Positions 50,338 through 64,000 of a stretch of DNA of 64,000 bases are shown here, in pieces. Every line of letters begins with the position of its first letter. Positions within the stretch are counted from its first letter, which is position 1. Made by a program: the position numbers and the translations under genes. A model generated the notes under the pieces. The model saw nothing but the letters and a program-made list of their open reading frames with translations. It was not told the origin of the DNA and made no database searches. This DNA comes from Marsupella aquatica (taxonomy: Eukaryota > Plantae > Marchantiophyta): the NCBI GenBank assembly GCA_973895155.1, contig OZ316891.1:29003611-29067610 (forward strand). Reading direction: 5' to 3'.

Positions 50338-52913
50338 AGTGGAAAATCACGCTCGTGCGAATGTCGTCCTTTCACCACCAAAAAACGCGGTCGCTTCTGA
50401 AGGAGTTCAATGGTCAGCGCGTGAGCATGAATTCTTGCTCTCTGCCTGACACTCATGATCACTTCGGTCAACTCACTGTACTGCATTGGGAACAGAAGCC
50501 AGCCCAAGATGTGAGCGTGTGATGTGCTTCCGATCCGCCAGATGTTTCTCTTGCTGGACAGTGAAGCCATTCGAATCGCTGGTCCTATGAGCTGAGACAG
50601 ATTGCTCGATTCCTGTAGCCCACGATCCCAAAATCTGGGACACTTTCAGAAATGTGGTTCCAAATAGCCATTTCATCTCAGAGCCGCAATGTAGAGTCCG
50701 GTCACGTAGTCAGTGTGTTGGGGTGGGGGCATAGGTCGTGCTCAGGAAGTTGATCAATCACAAGTTCACACAACTCTGTCTGTCGCTGTTGTTTCATTCT
50801 TTACAGAGGGCCGAGAAATGGTACCAATTTGGTCGGAACAGTCGCCCCCACCACGCAAACCTGGGCTATTTGTCGTGTGCCTATCAGATGTAATGTGCCT
50901 CGAGAGGGAAGCCTTCCTCTTAGCCGTAATCTGGACATTATTGTGTAGATAGGCGCATGGGTGGCAGTGCATCTCGTGTTAGCGTTGTTTATAAGAGACT
51001 TGTCAGTCGCTCTGTTTCCACGGTTGATGCTTAAGAGAACCGGAAAGTTGGTGTGATTGCTCTGGAGAATTTGCCCAAAGAAAAGAATATCTGGACATTA
51101 TATGGGGTGTGTACAAGTATAAGAATCTGGCTGGAGGACCAAGCCAATCCTGAGGGGTAAGCTGGGCACAATTAGAGATTTGATACGGCTGTCTATGTGG
51201 TGTGAATCTTAGTTGTGGGTCGGGTTGGGGGAGGGACTAAATTAGAGGAGACCAGTTTGGGCGGTTGCCCCACGAACCCAACATAACATCTGGGCACTTC
51301 GTCGAGTGCTCTCACGTGCACTGCTGGGACAGCCAGGTGAAGAACTCCATCGAGAAAGTGTCTTGGGCTGTGTGTTGTGGCGTGGAGTTCAATGGGGAGT
51401 CATGGTTAGTTAAGGGAGCATTTACAGCTCTGCCTGCCACTGTTGATCCAGACTTTACAGAAAGGAAAAGGGGGATGTCAAGAAGCACTGTTCACTGATG
51501 CACTAATTCACCAAGTGCCGTCGATTGATTGATTGATGGGTTGGATTCAGTCCCACGAAAAAGGGCAGTAAAGGTTCTTTTCTTCTGGTTGAATACCCGA
51601 GCAGCCACGAAGAGTTCGTTGGCCAGACCCTCGGATTACAGCTAGGATGACTGCGTGCGTTGCTACTCACCGGATCCTGTTCATTCCTTCGTGAAAGCCT
51701 CTTTGCTCTGCATTCTGCATTCTGCATTGGGAACTGAAGAAGCAGGCTAATTGAATCCTTAAGCTAAGGCTTGGCGTTGTTGTTGTCCTTCGTGGCACTG
51801 GGGCACGGAGGCAGGCAGTAGGCAGAAAGGGGAAGCAATCTTCTGTCAGGTCCTGTACCGTCTCTGCGATCTGTTGTTACTTTCATTCTGATTCTCCTGA
51901 GGCGGCAGCCGCAGCGTAATGTCTCCACTACCGTCGGCCGTGGGCCCGAATCTCCCACGGCCAGCGAACCCCATGAAATGGCCTCATCTATTTGTGGGCC
52001 CGATTCCTCCCACGCCCTGCCTAGCAGCGCTGCTGTCATGACGTATTACGGCGACGGGTGAAACAACTGGACGGAGCTTCCGGTTCTCGCTCGCTGCCCC
52101 TGCCTTTCCCTTCCCCCACGGATGGAGAGCGGCTCCCCATCCTCCGCTTCTTCTCCTCATTCGTCTTCTCATCCTTCCCACCCCTTGTGGCGCAAGCGAA
52201 TGGGAAGGAAGGACATCTGAAAGGGACGAGCATTCTGCAGCTCTCCGATACACTCCCTCATTGTGAATTAAGGCCGCTGAATTGGTATAAGCTATCCCTC
52301 TCCACCAGTGTGCGTGTCGGCTTCATTTTGTTTCTTCATGACCGGGCGACCTTTGCCCACTGCACTCCCCTCCCACAAGAGTACGCCTTCCCTCCTTCCT
52401 ATTTCATTATTGTATTGTGTTCGGATATGCTGACAAATTACCAAGGGTTGGCTGGCTGCCTTTCTCTCCCTTGGCTCTCTGGCCGGCAGCAGCAATTCAT
52501 TTTACAATCGTTGAGTTGATTGTAACGGATTAGGTCAGAGTTTTCATTTCTTGAAATCAGCTTCCCTGGAGGTAGGTCTCTTGGTAGAGATTAGATTGTG
52601 AATCCATGATTTTATGTTCCCTCATAACTGCAATTGGGAGGGGAGTGGGAGCTTGACACCGAGTGAACCGCACAATCTGTTCGTCCGGGAGAAGAGAAGG
52701 CTGTTGGAGAGGGACAGAGAAAAGGAGGAATTCATTTTCAGTAGGAGACGAGGAAGGCTGTTACTGATGTGGAGAGAGAGCAAGAGTAATCTCTTCTACG
52801 AAGGCTAGTGGAGAGACAGAGAGAGATTCGTCCGTGTATGTGAATTCCGTGGGGGTTTAGGAAGGAAAGGCAGGATCAAGATTAGATGTGAGTCACATTC
52901 GAAGGTTGTGGCC

Positions 52914-53528
52914 ATGGGGGACGAGGATTATCGGATGAAGTTGCTGCTCATTGGAGACAGTGGAGTAGGGAAGAGCTGCCTGCTTCTCCGATTCTGCGAC
53001 AATTCGTTTGTCACCAGCTTCATCACGACAATAGGAATAGATTTTAAGGTGAAAACGATTGAGCTGGAAGGGAAGAGAATCCGGCTGCAGATCTGGGACA
53101 CGGCCGGCCAGGAGAGGTTCCGCACCATTACCACTGCCTACTACCGAGGAGCAATGGGAATTTTGCTGGTGTATGATATATCCGACCAAGGATCGTTTCT
53201 TAACGTTCGCAATTGGATCGGGAGCATTGCTGAATACGCATCAGAGAATGTGAATGTCATACTTGTGGGTAACAAGGCGGATGTAGACGGTGCCACCAGA
53301 AAGGTGTCCAAAGCGGACGGCCAAGCTCTGGCTGATGAGTTCAACATCAAGTTCTTCGAGACAAGTGCCAAAATCAATCTTAGGGTGACCGAGATTTTTG
53401 CCTCCATAGCTTTAGACATCAAGAAACGGTTAGAGGACACGAAGCCTATTAGATCTGACCCATATCCCGAAAAGAAACTTGAGCAATTGAAGCCGGCTGA
53501 GCAAACTTCATCCTGCTGTACTTCATGA
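52914..53528 (+). CDS. RABE1: Rab GTPase of the RabE1/Rab8 (Sec4) family, 204 aa, intronless CDS
   Basis: GDSGVGKS, effector [41 protein letters not shown] and C-terminal CCTS prenylation motif. The ATG is in GCCATGG context. Confidence 0.96.
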   Translation: MGDEDYRMKLLLIGDSGVGKSCLLLRFCDNSFVTSFITTIGIDFKVKTIELEGKRIRLQIWDTAGQERFRTITTAYYRGAMGILLVYDISDQGSFLNVRNWIGSIAEYASENVNVILVGNKADVDGATRKVSKADGQALADEFNIKFFETSAKINLRVTEIFASIALDIKKRLEDTKPIRSDPYPEKKLEQLKPAEQTSSCCTS

Positions 53529-55455
53529 GTACAGGATGCGGGATGCTGTAGTATTTCCTTAGTAAGCTAGACCCTTTTTGTAAGCCTCCTTACTGCTGTT
53601 TCCCAATTTCTATAGCAAGTTGGCATCCTGTGGCTGGCGAAAGAATACCCAAAAACGATAACAATGATAATGTCGATGTAGGCCATTTAGGATACGATTC
53701 CGGCCCAGTTTAATAGTCTATGAAAGTTATGATCTCTTTGTCTTAATTTTGACCTGTTCTTTCGGGAGAAAGCTCCTCTTATCTGGTTACTACTCGTCCC
53801 TCTCGACCTAAAGTTCTCTCCATTACGATGCTTAGTGCTGGAGCAATTGGGGTGGGGCACAAGGATGTCACTCGGTCGACGATGTCAAAAAGCAAATTTA
53901 CTTCTGGTAGTTGGAATTGCTCCAGGTTCTAGATTTATGGCCGATCTACGTTGCAATTAATTATTTGATCAAAGGGTTTTCCATGCTGAGCACCGCGTAC
54001 TCATGAATAGACAGTTGCAACGAGTTTTCTGCAGGCGATACCGATGTCGAGCTTCTGTGTATTGTTCCACGAAGGTCACTCTCACTCTCTGTCACGCTTG
54101 TGGACCGGACTGACTTCGAAAGGAAGTCGCTCGTTCTCTTCCTGAACTCTCTGAGCGAGAGGATTCAAGCGGGGCAGTGTATTTCTGAGCCTGCCAACAT
54201 GTCAGTTGGACATTCATCGACTGTGATGGGATTCTCGTGACTTGGGATCAACACCAATGTTGTGGTCATTGAAGTATTGAAAGTTCGGAAGAAAATCGTT
54301 TCAATGGTAGGGTCTCCTTTGGATTGGGCGATCGCCCACAAATGCAGATTCTTCTGAACCTGAGAAACAGCCAGCTGAGATACGACAGGCCCTATGAATT
54401 GGAGATTGCCAGCTCTCTGAATTGACTGTGAGCTCGATGCGTATTCTCATTGGAAACATCACATATACCGCTATAGAAGTGGCCCACATAAATTTGGAAT
54501 CTATTCTTATCTTTTGGTATTTAGTCCGGCCTCGCCTCTACCTTTATGGTTTCTCGACGCTGGTCCAGACTCTGCTGGCAACATAGAATGCTGGGACCAT
54601 GTCTTTATCTTCCTCATTGTCAATGCTTGGAGATGTTTATTCGATGCCGTCCGAAGGTTGGCATTCAGGCTCATGGGGTGGGGCAGAATATTTTCTACCA
54701 CAGATGGTGTTCGGGATTCGAATGAATCCATCATGATCAGCAAATCAGAAACAGGAGTGGCAGTACGATCGGAGACATCTTCAAGTCTCGTCGGCTCGAA
54801 AGGGCCGTAGTCAGCAAGCTACAAATGTCTTTCAGCGTAAGATACAGATACACATGAAGTTGGCAGGAATGGAGATTCAAGTCTCGTCTGCTGAGAAAGC
54901 CAGTACTCAGTAGTTCATCAATTTTTCAGATTAGGACTTCTGCAGAAGTTTGAAGCAGCCAACATGATCTGTGGGTTTCTTTCGGAGCCTATCATCGGTT
55001 GCCGATCTAGCTGTCTAGCTTTCGAGAGTTGGGCGAAATGCTAGCTGCACGAATCGATTTGTCATCTAAGCTTTCACGAATTCGTACTTTTCATGACTGA
55101 CACTCGATCACGTCCACATCGTGATAGCCTCCGACCCCACGATTGATGAATGCACTCTTTAGTAGCTAGCTAGCAATTATGGTCCACACAACAAAGGGAC
55201 ATGATCGTCGACAATAGTAACCATGCCGGAGGTAGTTCTCTGTAGGAAGAGTAGTGCAACCCTTCACCGAATTTAGAATCTTCTAGGAGTCTTTAATTAA
55301 TAGAATGATATCCATCCACCAGCATTGATGTACTAAGTGGAAGCAATTATTAGCATTTAGTGTAACATTTTACTGTTCTGCACAAAATGGAAAGCATTCA
55401 CTCGCCTGATTTGTTCATCTCAATATCTCAAGACCACTGTTGAGTAGTTGCATGA

Positions 55456-56158
55456 GAATAGTTTGTGGCAATATGACATTCCTATATAAATGTTTCTCCG
55501 AGCATCACGTTCTTTGCATCCATGAAGCGTTTGAGTCAAAAGAACTATATTGTTTAGATGCAATATGACAGTTTTTTATACATGTTTCTCCGATCATCAC
55601 GTTCTTTGGATCCATGAAGCGTTGAGTGGAAGAATTATATTGTTCAGATGCAATATGACAGTTCCATATAAATGGTTTTCCGAGCATCACCTTCTATGGA
55701 GCCATAAACTGTTAAATTATACTGTTCAGACAGACATGAGACTAGAAACTAGAACCAGCACAGAACTCCTTTTGGTGCATAGATGGAGTAGACACTACGG
55801 TTTCTCATGTCTCACTGTTGGAAAGCACGAATCCTTCGGTTTCTCATGCCTCACTGTTGGAAAGCACGAATCCTCGAGTCTCAGCCTGAAACCTTGTCAG
55901 ATGGTGTGTTTGACTGTGTTTGACTTCCAGCTGTAAATCCAGTTCAGTATATTGGTCATAAAATACGTCGACCTACCTTGGCCCGTGACAAGAATCTAAT
56001 TGAGCCCCTGGGAATCTGTTTTGTGATTCTCTGTTGCTTCAGGTGTTCGTGTAAAAGACAAAAGAACCTCACTACAAAAATCTAATTGAGCCCCTGGGAA
56101 TCTGTTCTGTGATTCTCTGTTGCTTCAGGTGTTAGTCCAAAAGACAAAAGAACCTCAT
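55456..56158. repeat. Cluster of short tandem duplications: about 90 bp x3 (55456-55712), 39 bp x2 (55798-55874), 86 bp x2 (55993-56158)
   Basis: Direct repeats read from the sequence. Confidence 0.88.
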
Positions 56159-59100
56159 TACCAAATTTCCAATGAAGGTCAGCCTACGTAGCTATCACCA
56201 AGGACGGGCAAAATCTGTTCACATGTCAGTGGGACATTTATATTCCCGAGAAGCTCAACATTGTGCAGTAGATTTTCCATGTTCTAAATGATCGTACTTG
56301 GTCAATTGGCATTTTTAATTTTTGTCACGGATTGATGTTCCTCCTCATAGACGTGACGAGGGAGAGAAGGGAAACCAAGCCCAGAAAATTTTGCAATTAA
56401 CGTCGCCTACACGATGTGGTGTAATTTGTCAATTCTTTAAATGGGCACAAAATTTGCTCTTTCTTTGGGTGGGTGGGTGGGGGAGGGTGGAAATGAAATT
56501 TAGTACTTGACAGGGTGTCGTGAATTCAATTACTTGAGTAAGCATTATTATAACAAGATGGAAGCTCAAATGAATTGTTAAGGAATATGGATCATAGCAT
56601 ATTGACCTCGATAAATAGATGAGAGATTCATTATAGGATAAAACTGGAGAACTTAAATTTGCCATACTCGTCAGGAAAAAGTAATGTGCATACCAGCCCC
56701 AAAGAATAAAAGATTGAGGTTGCATCTAAGGCAAGAAGCATCCTACCTAGTGGCAAGGATTTGCAAAGGCCAGATAGGCCCAGCCACCGTTATGATTGAA
56801 AAGTTTAGACCAAGACCAGGAACAACTTGTCATGTCTAACACTAGCTACAATTCATGCTAGCACTAGTCAGAGTTGTTGTATAGCTACACATTGCCAATC
56901 AAAAGAACATAAAGTATGAGGCACACAAAGCACAAGCAGTTTCAGGAAGACTCAATTTTGCAGAATGAACCTCACTCATCATTATGATCCAAGTATGACC
57001 CTCTTTTAAAGCCTCCTAGGTTCTCTCCTAGCCATTAACTTTCAATACAATCCACTCTTCAACATTTACTCTTAGATCTAGAGTTATTTAATTGATCACA
57101 ATCAGTTTAACTGTGGTAAATTACTTGGTTATGGTTGGATGTGCGACTACTATATTAATTAGCAGGATTTAGCTAGTGAATGAAACTTAGACTCATTGTT
57201 ACCGAGCCATCTAAGAGACAGAGAGAATTTTGTCTATGGAAACACTTTGAGACTAACCAGCTTAGAGCTCAATAAGGGTCCCGTGAACATTGCCTTTTGG
57301 TGATGAAACTAATTTATTTGTGTCAATTATTTGTATGTTTATTGCATGTTGCACATCTGCATGCTAACTTAGAGTAGTGGTTGTTTACTCAACATCCACA
57401 CTCTATCCTTGAAAGAGGTTACCTGCTCACATAGGTCATAATAGTTCCTTGTTTAGGTGTGTGTGTGTGTGCTCTACATAAATGACATGTCTATGTGAGT
57501 TGTGTACATCCACAACGTCAATCAACTACACTCATTGCCATTGTCATGCACCCTTCATGCCCTTCATGTTTTTTGTTTTTGGTGCTTGTGGGGAATCATG
57601 CACACGACAGGTTTGGATCAGGGCAGTATAAAACTTCTCCTTCACTTTAACAGGAAATAGAAAAACTTAAAAAACTCATAGGCCTTTGTTAACAAGACAT
57701 TACTAAAAACTAACTATCAAACTTGGTAGTGATTTCTAGCCAACTCTAGGAGTAATCTCAAGTTGGAGACTAGCTGGAATTGAGCAGAATAAACACAACG
57801 GACTGAATGTAAGTTTCGGTGATTTTGAATGTCTCCCTTTTCGAGCAGGCTTGTTCATACTTCTGGGCAACAAAACTTTGGATTCTGTGAAGGACAGAAT
57901 TAGCAGAACAATTGGTGTTCTAAATTCACCCGAAGCCCCTCCTGTCAGATTCATGAACATGGGTCTAAACAGCTCGTACTTCTTTTAGCAAGCCTGCTCT
58001 GTTCAGATAAAAACAAAAAGTAGAGAATGGCACAATGCAGTCTAGAGAAGTATCTCTGCTTTACAGTCCCAAACATTTTGTTACCCTGCCTTTTTTTTAT
58101 AGTTTGCTTTTTAAAGTTTGCCAATCCGTAGGCTTTGGGGTCCTGGTTTTTAGGTCTGAGATAGTTCTTTGTTTGGCCTCTCTTGGCCCTTAGGTTGTCC
58201 CCCCTTGATTGGGTCTTTTTGCCTGAGGGATCATAGCGGGATCATAGCTCCCGGTTGAACACACCCTTTGTTTTTGGCAATTGAAATATATTTTACACCA
58301 TTTGGATATTCTTTATTTGGTGATGGCCTGGCACTAAGATTGACATGGGACCAGAGGGGGCAGCGTGGGGAGAAGACAAAAGGACAAGTGACGATAGATG
58401 TGGTGAGTGGTCTTTTTATAAGATTGCCCACCTGGGCTAATACAACCTAGACAACCTTGATTTTCCTTGTCTTCCTGAGTGGTTCCCTTCGAGTTTCCTT
58501 AACATCCATTTGCAGTCCCCGCGAATACTTTTTGAGGAGAGGTCTAAGGCTTGCCAATTTCCCAACTTGTTCTAACAAAAATTAGAACTCAAAGCAGAAA
58601 CAGGAGGGCTTTGTGACCACTGGCTATTCTAGGGAGGAAATCCCCTTATAAAGTGAAATGACAGTAGACCAATAGATAGAACAACCAAAACACAAATCAA
58701 TGCATTGAGACGCCAGCGTTAGTACACGTGCGTCAATGCATTGAGAAAACAGAATTATTAGAGGTAACTCCATTCGGACCTTGCTCGAGCACCTGAGATA
58801 TTCACATTGGGTCAGATGAAGACTACTCCAGCAATTTTTATGTCAAATAACGTCCTCTCCGACTCTACTCACCAGATAACATCCTCCACTACATGCCACT
58901 ATCATCCAAGGTATGCGCAGCAACATCCTTCACTAAGTTTTGTCACAAGGCTACGGTCTAAAAACTGCTGCTCAAGGAAGTTCGTGCAAAGATCCTGGGA
59001 AATCATGATACCATGGTCTAGATAAAAAAGGCTCGCTACTCATCAACAGGATTTCTAACGAGAAGGGTCACCGAATCTTCAGCACAGTTGCTGCATCACT

Positions 59101-59652
59101 GCTCGGTAGTTGGAACCACAACATCTTTGAGTTCGTTTCACAAATTTACTAGCAACGCGAATGGATTGAACTGACAGATTCATAAAACGCTGTTCAGAAT
59201 CAAAGGATGGCCGTTTTGGCTTAAAATCTGAACAGGTGAGACTTTCACATTAGAGCAACTATGTTCGGCTCTTGGATTGTTCGACATAATTCTTCAGAAG
59301 TGGAACAGGTCTATGCCATCTGAAGTACCTATCATCGACACCAGTGGGGCAATGCTAATGTGCATCTAATTCAGGTTAATGATCGATTTTCTGTTCTGGA
59401 TTAACCAAGACAGTAGACAGTACAGGATTTTTCACCCTGTCCAGTCTTAAGTCGAGTGTTTTACACTTGTGTTAAACTAGTTGAAACCCCTCTTCAGGGT
59501 GGGAATGGAATCACAAAATTCAACTACTGTATGAATGCTTAGAAATACTAAAATAAGCCTCAGTCTGATCCAAGTTTGGGATCGTTTGGACGCACCTGAC
59601 CAGGTCTTAAAGGTTGAGGAGGTTAATAATCCACTTTCCTTTACAAATAGAC

Positions 59653-62565
59653 CTACTTGTCAGTCTGGGGCACTTTGGCTGATAATGCCGTTGACGCAGG
59701 TACCGTTTCTGGAATAAAATCTGCACCAAACAGAAAGATTAGTCACCATCTCTATTTTAGACAGCTTGGGCTCCGTCGGAGATGTTATAGGTGTTCGGTG
59801 GACGCTCTCCCAGCTGACGAAAATCGAAATTGGTGAGGATTAGCCTCGCACATTTATGAATATATTCAGATATCCCCCATAGCGGGTCCAGGGCTTTGCT
59901 CTCTGACTTTCCTCCCTGTTTTGCTTTCTTTTACTACTAGAGTATTTCTAAAGTACCACCTTAGATTTCGAACGATTCACTACAGGATAAGGGTGAAGAT
60001 TCCATTACTAGTTCATTCAGGCCAGGATAGTGGGCCAACAATAAACTAAACCCTAAACCACTACCTCAACATAAGCATATTTCACAGGTCGTTTAAGTAC
60101 TCATGGAAAATTCTCATCCAGAATCTATAATACTTTCCCTTAACTCATGGAGTAACAACACAAGGGTCAGATCCTGCAACTTTAAAACATTTATCTGCTC
60201 CTGACCCGTCGTCGATATCGTCAATCCGTGATGATTTATAAACTAGCCGAGTTCGATCATCTGTCTTGTTCTATTTCTCTTGGCGTTCTAGCCCTCGCCA
60301 TCTCAACTTGCAGATACTAAAGGTCATTCTCTTTGGATCATCATAGATATCATTGCTGTAAAAACCGTAGGACTCCGTTTTGCGTGCCCATGATTCACTA
60401 AAGATCTAAATCTCTTTCGCTTGGTCCCCCCCACCCCCAACACCGTAGTGTCTCAGCCTTTGATCCTTCTCATTATGTGACACCTGGTCAGTTGCAGCTA
60501 ATGATTTACTAATTCAACAAAATGCAACCATGTCCTTAACTCTCAATAGCTTTGTATGACAAGAGCACTCACCGGCTAGGAAGTCATATCTGTCAGTAGT
60601 ATTGACATGAGACGCTGCAAAGATCACAGAAAACGACCCAACATTCCATGAGAGTGCTATATAAATATGATGAGCGAATCATTTACTATATAAAAAATGA
60701 GGTACTGCACAGACATAAGCTAGAGTCAGAGTCTGTCCCTTGTTACAGGAAAACAAAGATTTTGACTTCAGCTGGGGAGTTGACAGATTAGGATGCTATT
60801 CGAACCCCAACCTACGATGGAATGACACGGGAGTAACGCCTCACCATGTATGACGCAATACCTGGAAATTTTGTTTTCATTACAAAAACAGGGGAACGAA
60901 CTTCTTCGGGGAAGAATCAACTAGACAGACTACTTTTTCCAAATATCAGTCGCGCGGAGAACAACCAAATGCCAGCAAATTGGCACCTCTTACCGAGATC
61001 TTTGTAGCACAAAACAATCCTCTCGTCTTCTGTCATCTTAACGAAGGCATCCTCCACAAATTTCTCCAGAAAAAGCTCCTACAAGAACGTGGTCATCGGT
61101 ATCAGACCCACAGCAATACTCATTCTCATTAGAAAGATCAACGCTTGGAGAAAATTTGATCACTTTGTTTCTCTTGTCTTACGTGATAGAACGAGAAGCT
61201 ACGACGGGATCATCTTTGTCAATATCGACCACTTTTACAACTAGTAGAAAGGTATCGTTCTGATTGCACTGCCAGATAACGGAAGAAGAATGTCAGAGTC
61301 AGTAACGTTTCGCCGCCTGGCATTCCATCCGCTCGAGGCCACACCTCGACGGAGCAGACGCCATCGAAGGAAAAGCCTCCGGCATAGCGACACGTGACGG
61401 ACAACTGCAATTTAATTTCATGTTACAGGAAGCAACTGCCAGAAAATATGATTTCACAGTTCATATGTGTGCCGACAAAGACCTTATCGAGTAGATAATG
61501 AGCAGTTGAGAGCAACAAGCTCGTCGACTTTCTCGGCCACAGCACCAAGCACCGAGAAAAACTCTCAATCCTGTCAGGAAATTCCTCATTCTCTCTTGCT
61601 CTTTCTCTGGTGCCACTGAAGTATCCGACTTCAGATTCCAATGGGGAGAAGTGAGGATAAGATTCTATTCAAAAGATGGCTTCAGCCTAGTATACAATGC
61701 ACGCCAATTGGGAATCTGAAAAATAGAAGAGGGCTGACGGGAACCCTGAGCGATGAAAGGAGAATTTTCTCATTCGGCATTCTGCAGTAGCAAAATGTGT
61801 CTCCTTCATACTGTTGGCAATTCAATTGCCCCGAAGCCAATGATTGAAGTATTCCACCCATTTGTGGCGCACACTTTTCGACCTCAAACATTGTCAGCTC
61901 GGATTGCACACACCTCGAGGGTCGTGCACTGAGCGAGTTCTCTCAGACCATTAGGGTTGCCAGAAGCACATTGCTCCACAGACTATCTCACCGGACATAT
62001 CAACCGCCCGGAAGAGAGGGTAGCCCAGAGAGGGGAAAGCAAGGTTAGCCAATTCCATCCAAATGTGGACCATCATTAAAAGGATTCTCAATCTTTCCCA
62101 CACAGCCGATAAGAACACGACTATCCACAGGGAAGAGGCACTCACTGCAGCTTTGGCGATGAGGAAACCGGCCTCCACGCCCACCTGTTGAACCTCCACC
62201 TCGCTCTTTACCAACCGCCGCACTCTCGAAATGGGGAACGCCAATGTCGTCAGCGCGGCGGACTTGGTCGGCTTCCTGCTGCCGCCATTTGCAACAGCAG
62301 CTGAGGACTTCCTCTTTTTCGTCGACCTAGCAGGCGAAGTGTGCCCATTCTCCACCTCTCTTTCCCCTTCGCCGTCCTCTTCATCCTCTTCCTCATTTCC
62401 CACCTCCTCGTCCTCCTCTTCTTGCTCCTCCGCCTCCTCCGCCGACTCCTCCTCCTCTTCCTCCTGCTCCTCTCCTTCGGACGACCTTTGCGCCTCCTCC
62501 TCCTCTTCTACTTCTTCTTCTTCCTCTCGTCTCCCGGATTCCGACTCAGAATCTGTGCCGCTCAT
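59653..62565 (-). CDS. DPB3-1: H2A-like histone-fold protein, DPB3-1/NF-YC10-like, with acidic N-terminus; exons 62565-62146, 61078-60994, 60614-60573, 59720-59653
   Basis: FPISRVRRLVKS...AGFLIAKAA|ELFLEKFVEDAF...YKDL|ASHV...RYDFLA|DFIPE. The exons total 615 nt and the GT-AG introns are in phase. The symbol is assigned by resemblance. Confidence 0.88.
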
Positions 62566-62928
62566 CCCGCCGTCTTCGTGGACCCGGTTGATGCACCTCC
62601 ACCACTGCCACTACTGAATTGTGCACAACACCAACAATCTCTCGACCTCAAGGGATTCGTGCCCCACTCCACTCCACCGATTCAGAGCACACAGCTTCGA
62701 CCTTCCACTTGGACGCCAATTGGGCTCATCCGCCACACCACCACTGCCGATGATACCGAATTGTTCACAACATCGACGTATGCAATTCGTCCCCTCTTCA
62801 CCAATAATTCAGAGCAGAGCTTCGCCCTTCGACTTGGACGCGAGGCGGAGGCTTTCTCATTGTCGTTCAGCTATGCTCAGCCGAGTGGCATTTGCGTTAC
62901 GAAATTCCTTTAGAGCTGTTGTCGACAG

Positions 62929-62930
<2 letters not shown>

Positions 62931-62968
<38 letters not shown>
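62931..62968. repeat. (CT)19/(GA)19 microsatellite upstream of the DPB3-like gene
   Basis: Perfect dinucleotide run about 370 bp upstream of the minus-strand ATG. Confidence 0.95.
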
Positions 62969-62972
<4 letters not shown>

Positions 62973-63348
62973 GTGTGCGCATTGTGAAGAGAAGAACAGA
63001 GACTCCAGAACTGCGGGAGGGGCCATTCTACTGCGACCGAGACTGCGACTGAGACTGCGACTGTGAGGTATCGTTCCAGTTAGTACCGTAGTCGGGAACT
63101 TGGGCTCCACGTCGCGCAAGTTCTGTCGCGCAAAATACTTGATGGACCCCTCTAGGTAAAGACATTACTTACGAACCCCTCACTTTTCAAATATAGTTAA
63201 TGGGCCCCTTGTCTCTGCAACCCTTTCTCATGACTTGTGTGGTTATTTTTTCATGTTTTAATTGTAACATGATCCTACAATTATCTACGTCAGTCCACTA
63301 AATGTATTCTCTAGAAGCAATTTTCAGTGTACACTTGCTTAAAGATAA

Positions 63349-63465
63349 GTAGATAACGTATGTACCAAATATTTAGCCCTTGTCACTCCCATATTCATTT
63401 TTTTAATATGTAGATAAGGCATGTACCAATTATTTAGCCCTTGTCAGTCCTGTATTCACTTTTTT
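63349..63465. repeat. Two-copy tandem repeat, 61-bp period
   Basis: GTAGATAA.G.ATGTACCAA.TATTTAGCCCTTGTCA occurs twice. Confidence 0.85.
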
Positions 63466-64000
63466 CATGTTTTGAAATACTTGTGCAAGCTAACTAATAC
63501 TTTAAGGTATGTAATATTTACTCTCTTTAGTTATTCCATCTCAATTTTTGGCAGTACTCACACCTGAGTATTTCTCCAAAGCATAGTCTTACCACCTCCA
63601 TGAAGGCTGGAAAAACTGTTTGCACAACCTCAGGCAAAAGAGACCTTGCCTGACAGAGGCAAATCTGAAAGGAGAGGACCCCATCCTCCACTTATGACGT
63701 GGTCAAAGAGGATGGGTTAAAGATCCACAATAAAAGGAGAGGCCAAGGAGTGCCTCTATGTACCCCCCAAAACTAATTTATCTGGGTACACATGTCAGGA
63801 GGCTCACAATTTTTCCAAGCTGACTCCGCTGACCGTCAAAGTTGTGAGAATGAGGGAGGGAGACCAAATTGCAAGAGTTTTTGCTCCTAGACAGTGAGTA
63901 GTAACTCTTTATTGGTTTACTTGAATAATCATTATTTTGGGGCACAAGCAGGACATAGGTGCCCAAGGAAAGGACATAAAAGTCATAGCCTCAATCTCCC

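Noticed and set aside
52614-52808. 64-aa uORF upstream of the Rab gene
   Set aside because: GA-rich low complexity and unknown transcript structure; it may lie in a 5'UTR intron.
54000-54900. Coding-like composition on the minus strand
   Set aside because: Frames are interrupted and no family was recognised; it cannot be supported without a search.
56500-57530. Possible further solo LTR
   Set aside because: Composition is LTR-like but no matching TG...CA ends with a TSD were found.
62231-62913. Ser- and Leu-rich plus-strand ORFs
   Set aside because: Antisense shadows of the Glu-rich DPB3-like exon.

Overview
Eukaryotic nuclear DNA from a land plant; intron style and repeat families suggest a bryophyte, possibly a liverwort (inference). 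There are five host genes: TSR3 (10 coding exons, +), a THI74/SLC35F5-like EamA transporter (8 exons, +), a nodulin-like/NFD4-like MFS transporter (14 exons, +), an intronless RabE1/Rab8 GTPase (+) and a DPB3-1/NF-YC10-like histone-fold gene (4 exons, -). Between them lie nested, decayed transposons. The main finding is a 5.6-kb CACTA/CMC element (572-6149) that splits a Gypsy integrase. It carries a decayed SET-domain (lysine methyltransferase-like) exon between the first exon and the remaining exons of its TNP2 transposase, with splice phases that would allow a shared first exon, plus a divergent TnpA-like gene. The second finding is a 3.4-kb PIF/Harbinger-group element with ANT target-site duplications (Pangu-like) and two matching MITEs. 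Also present are two TSD-flanked solo LTRs, several foldback elements, LINE-like 3' tails and many two- or three-copy tandem duplications. All models were built by eye; no database searches were run.
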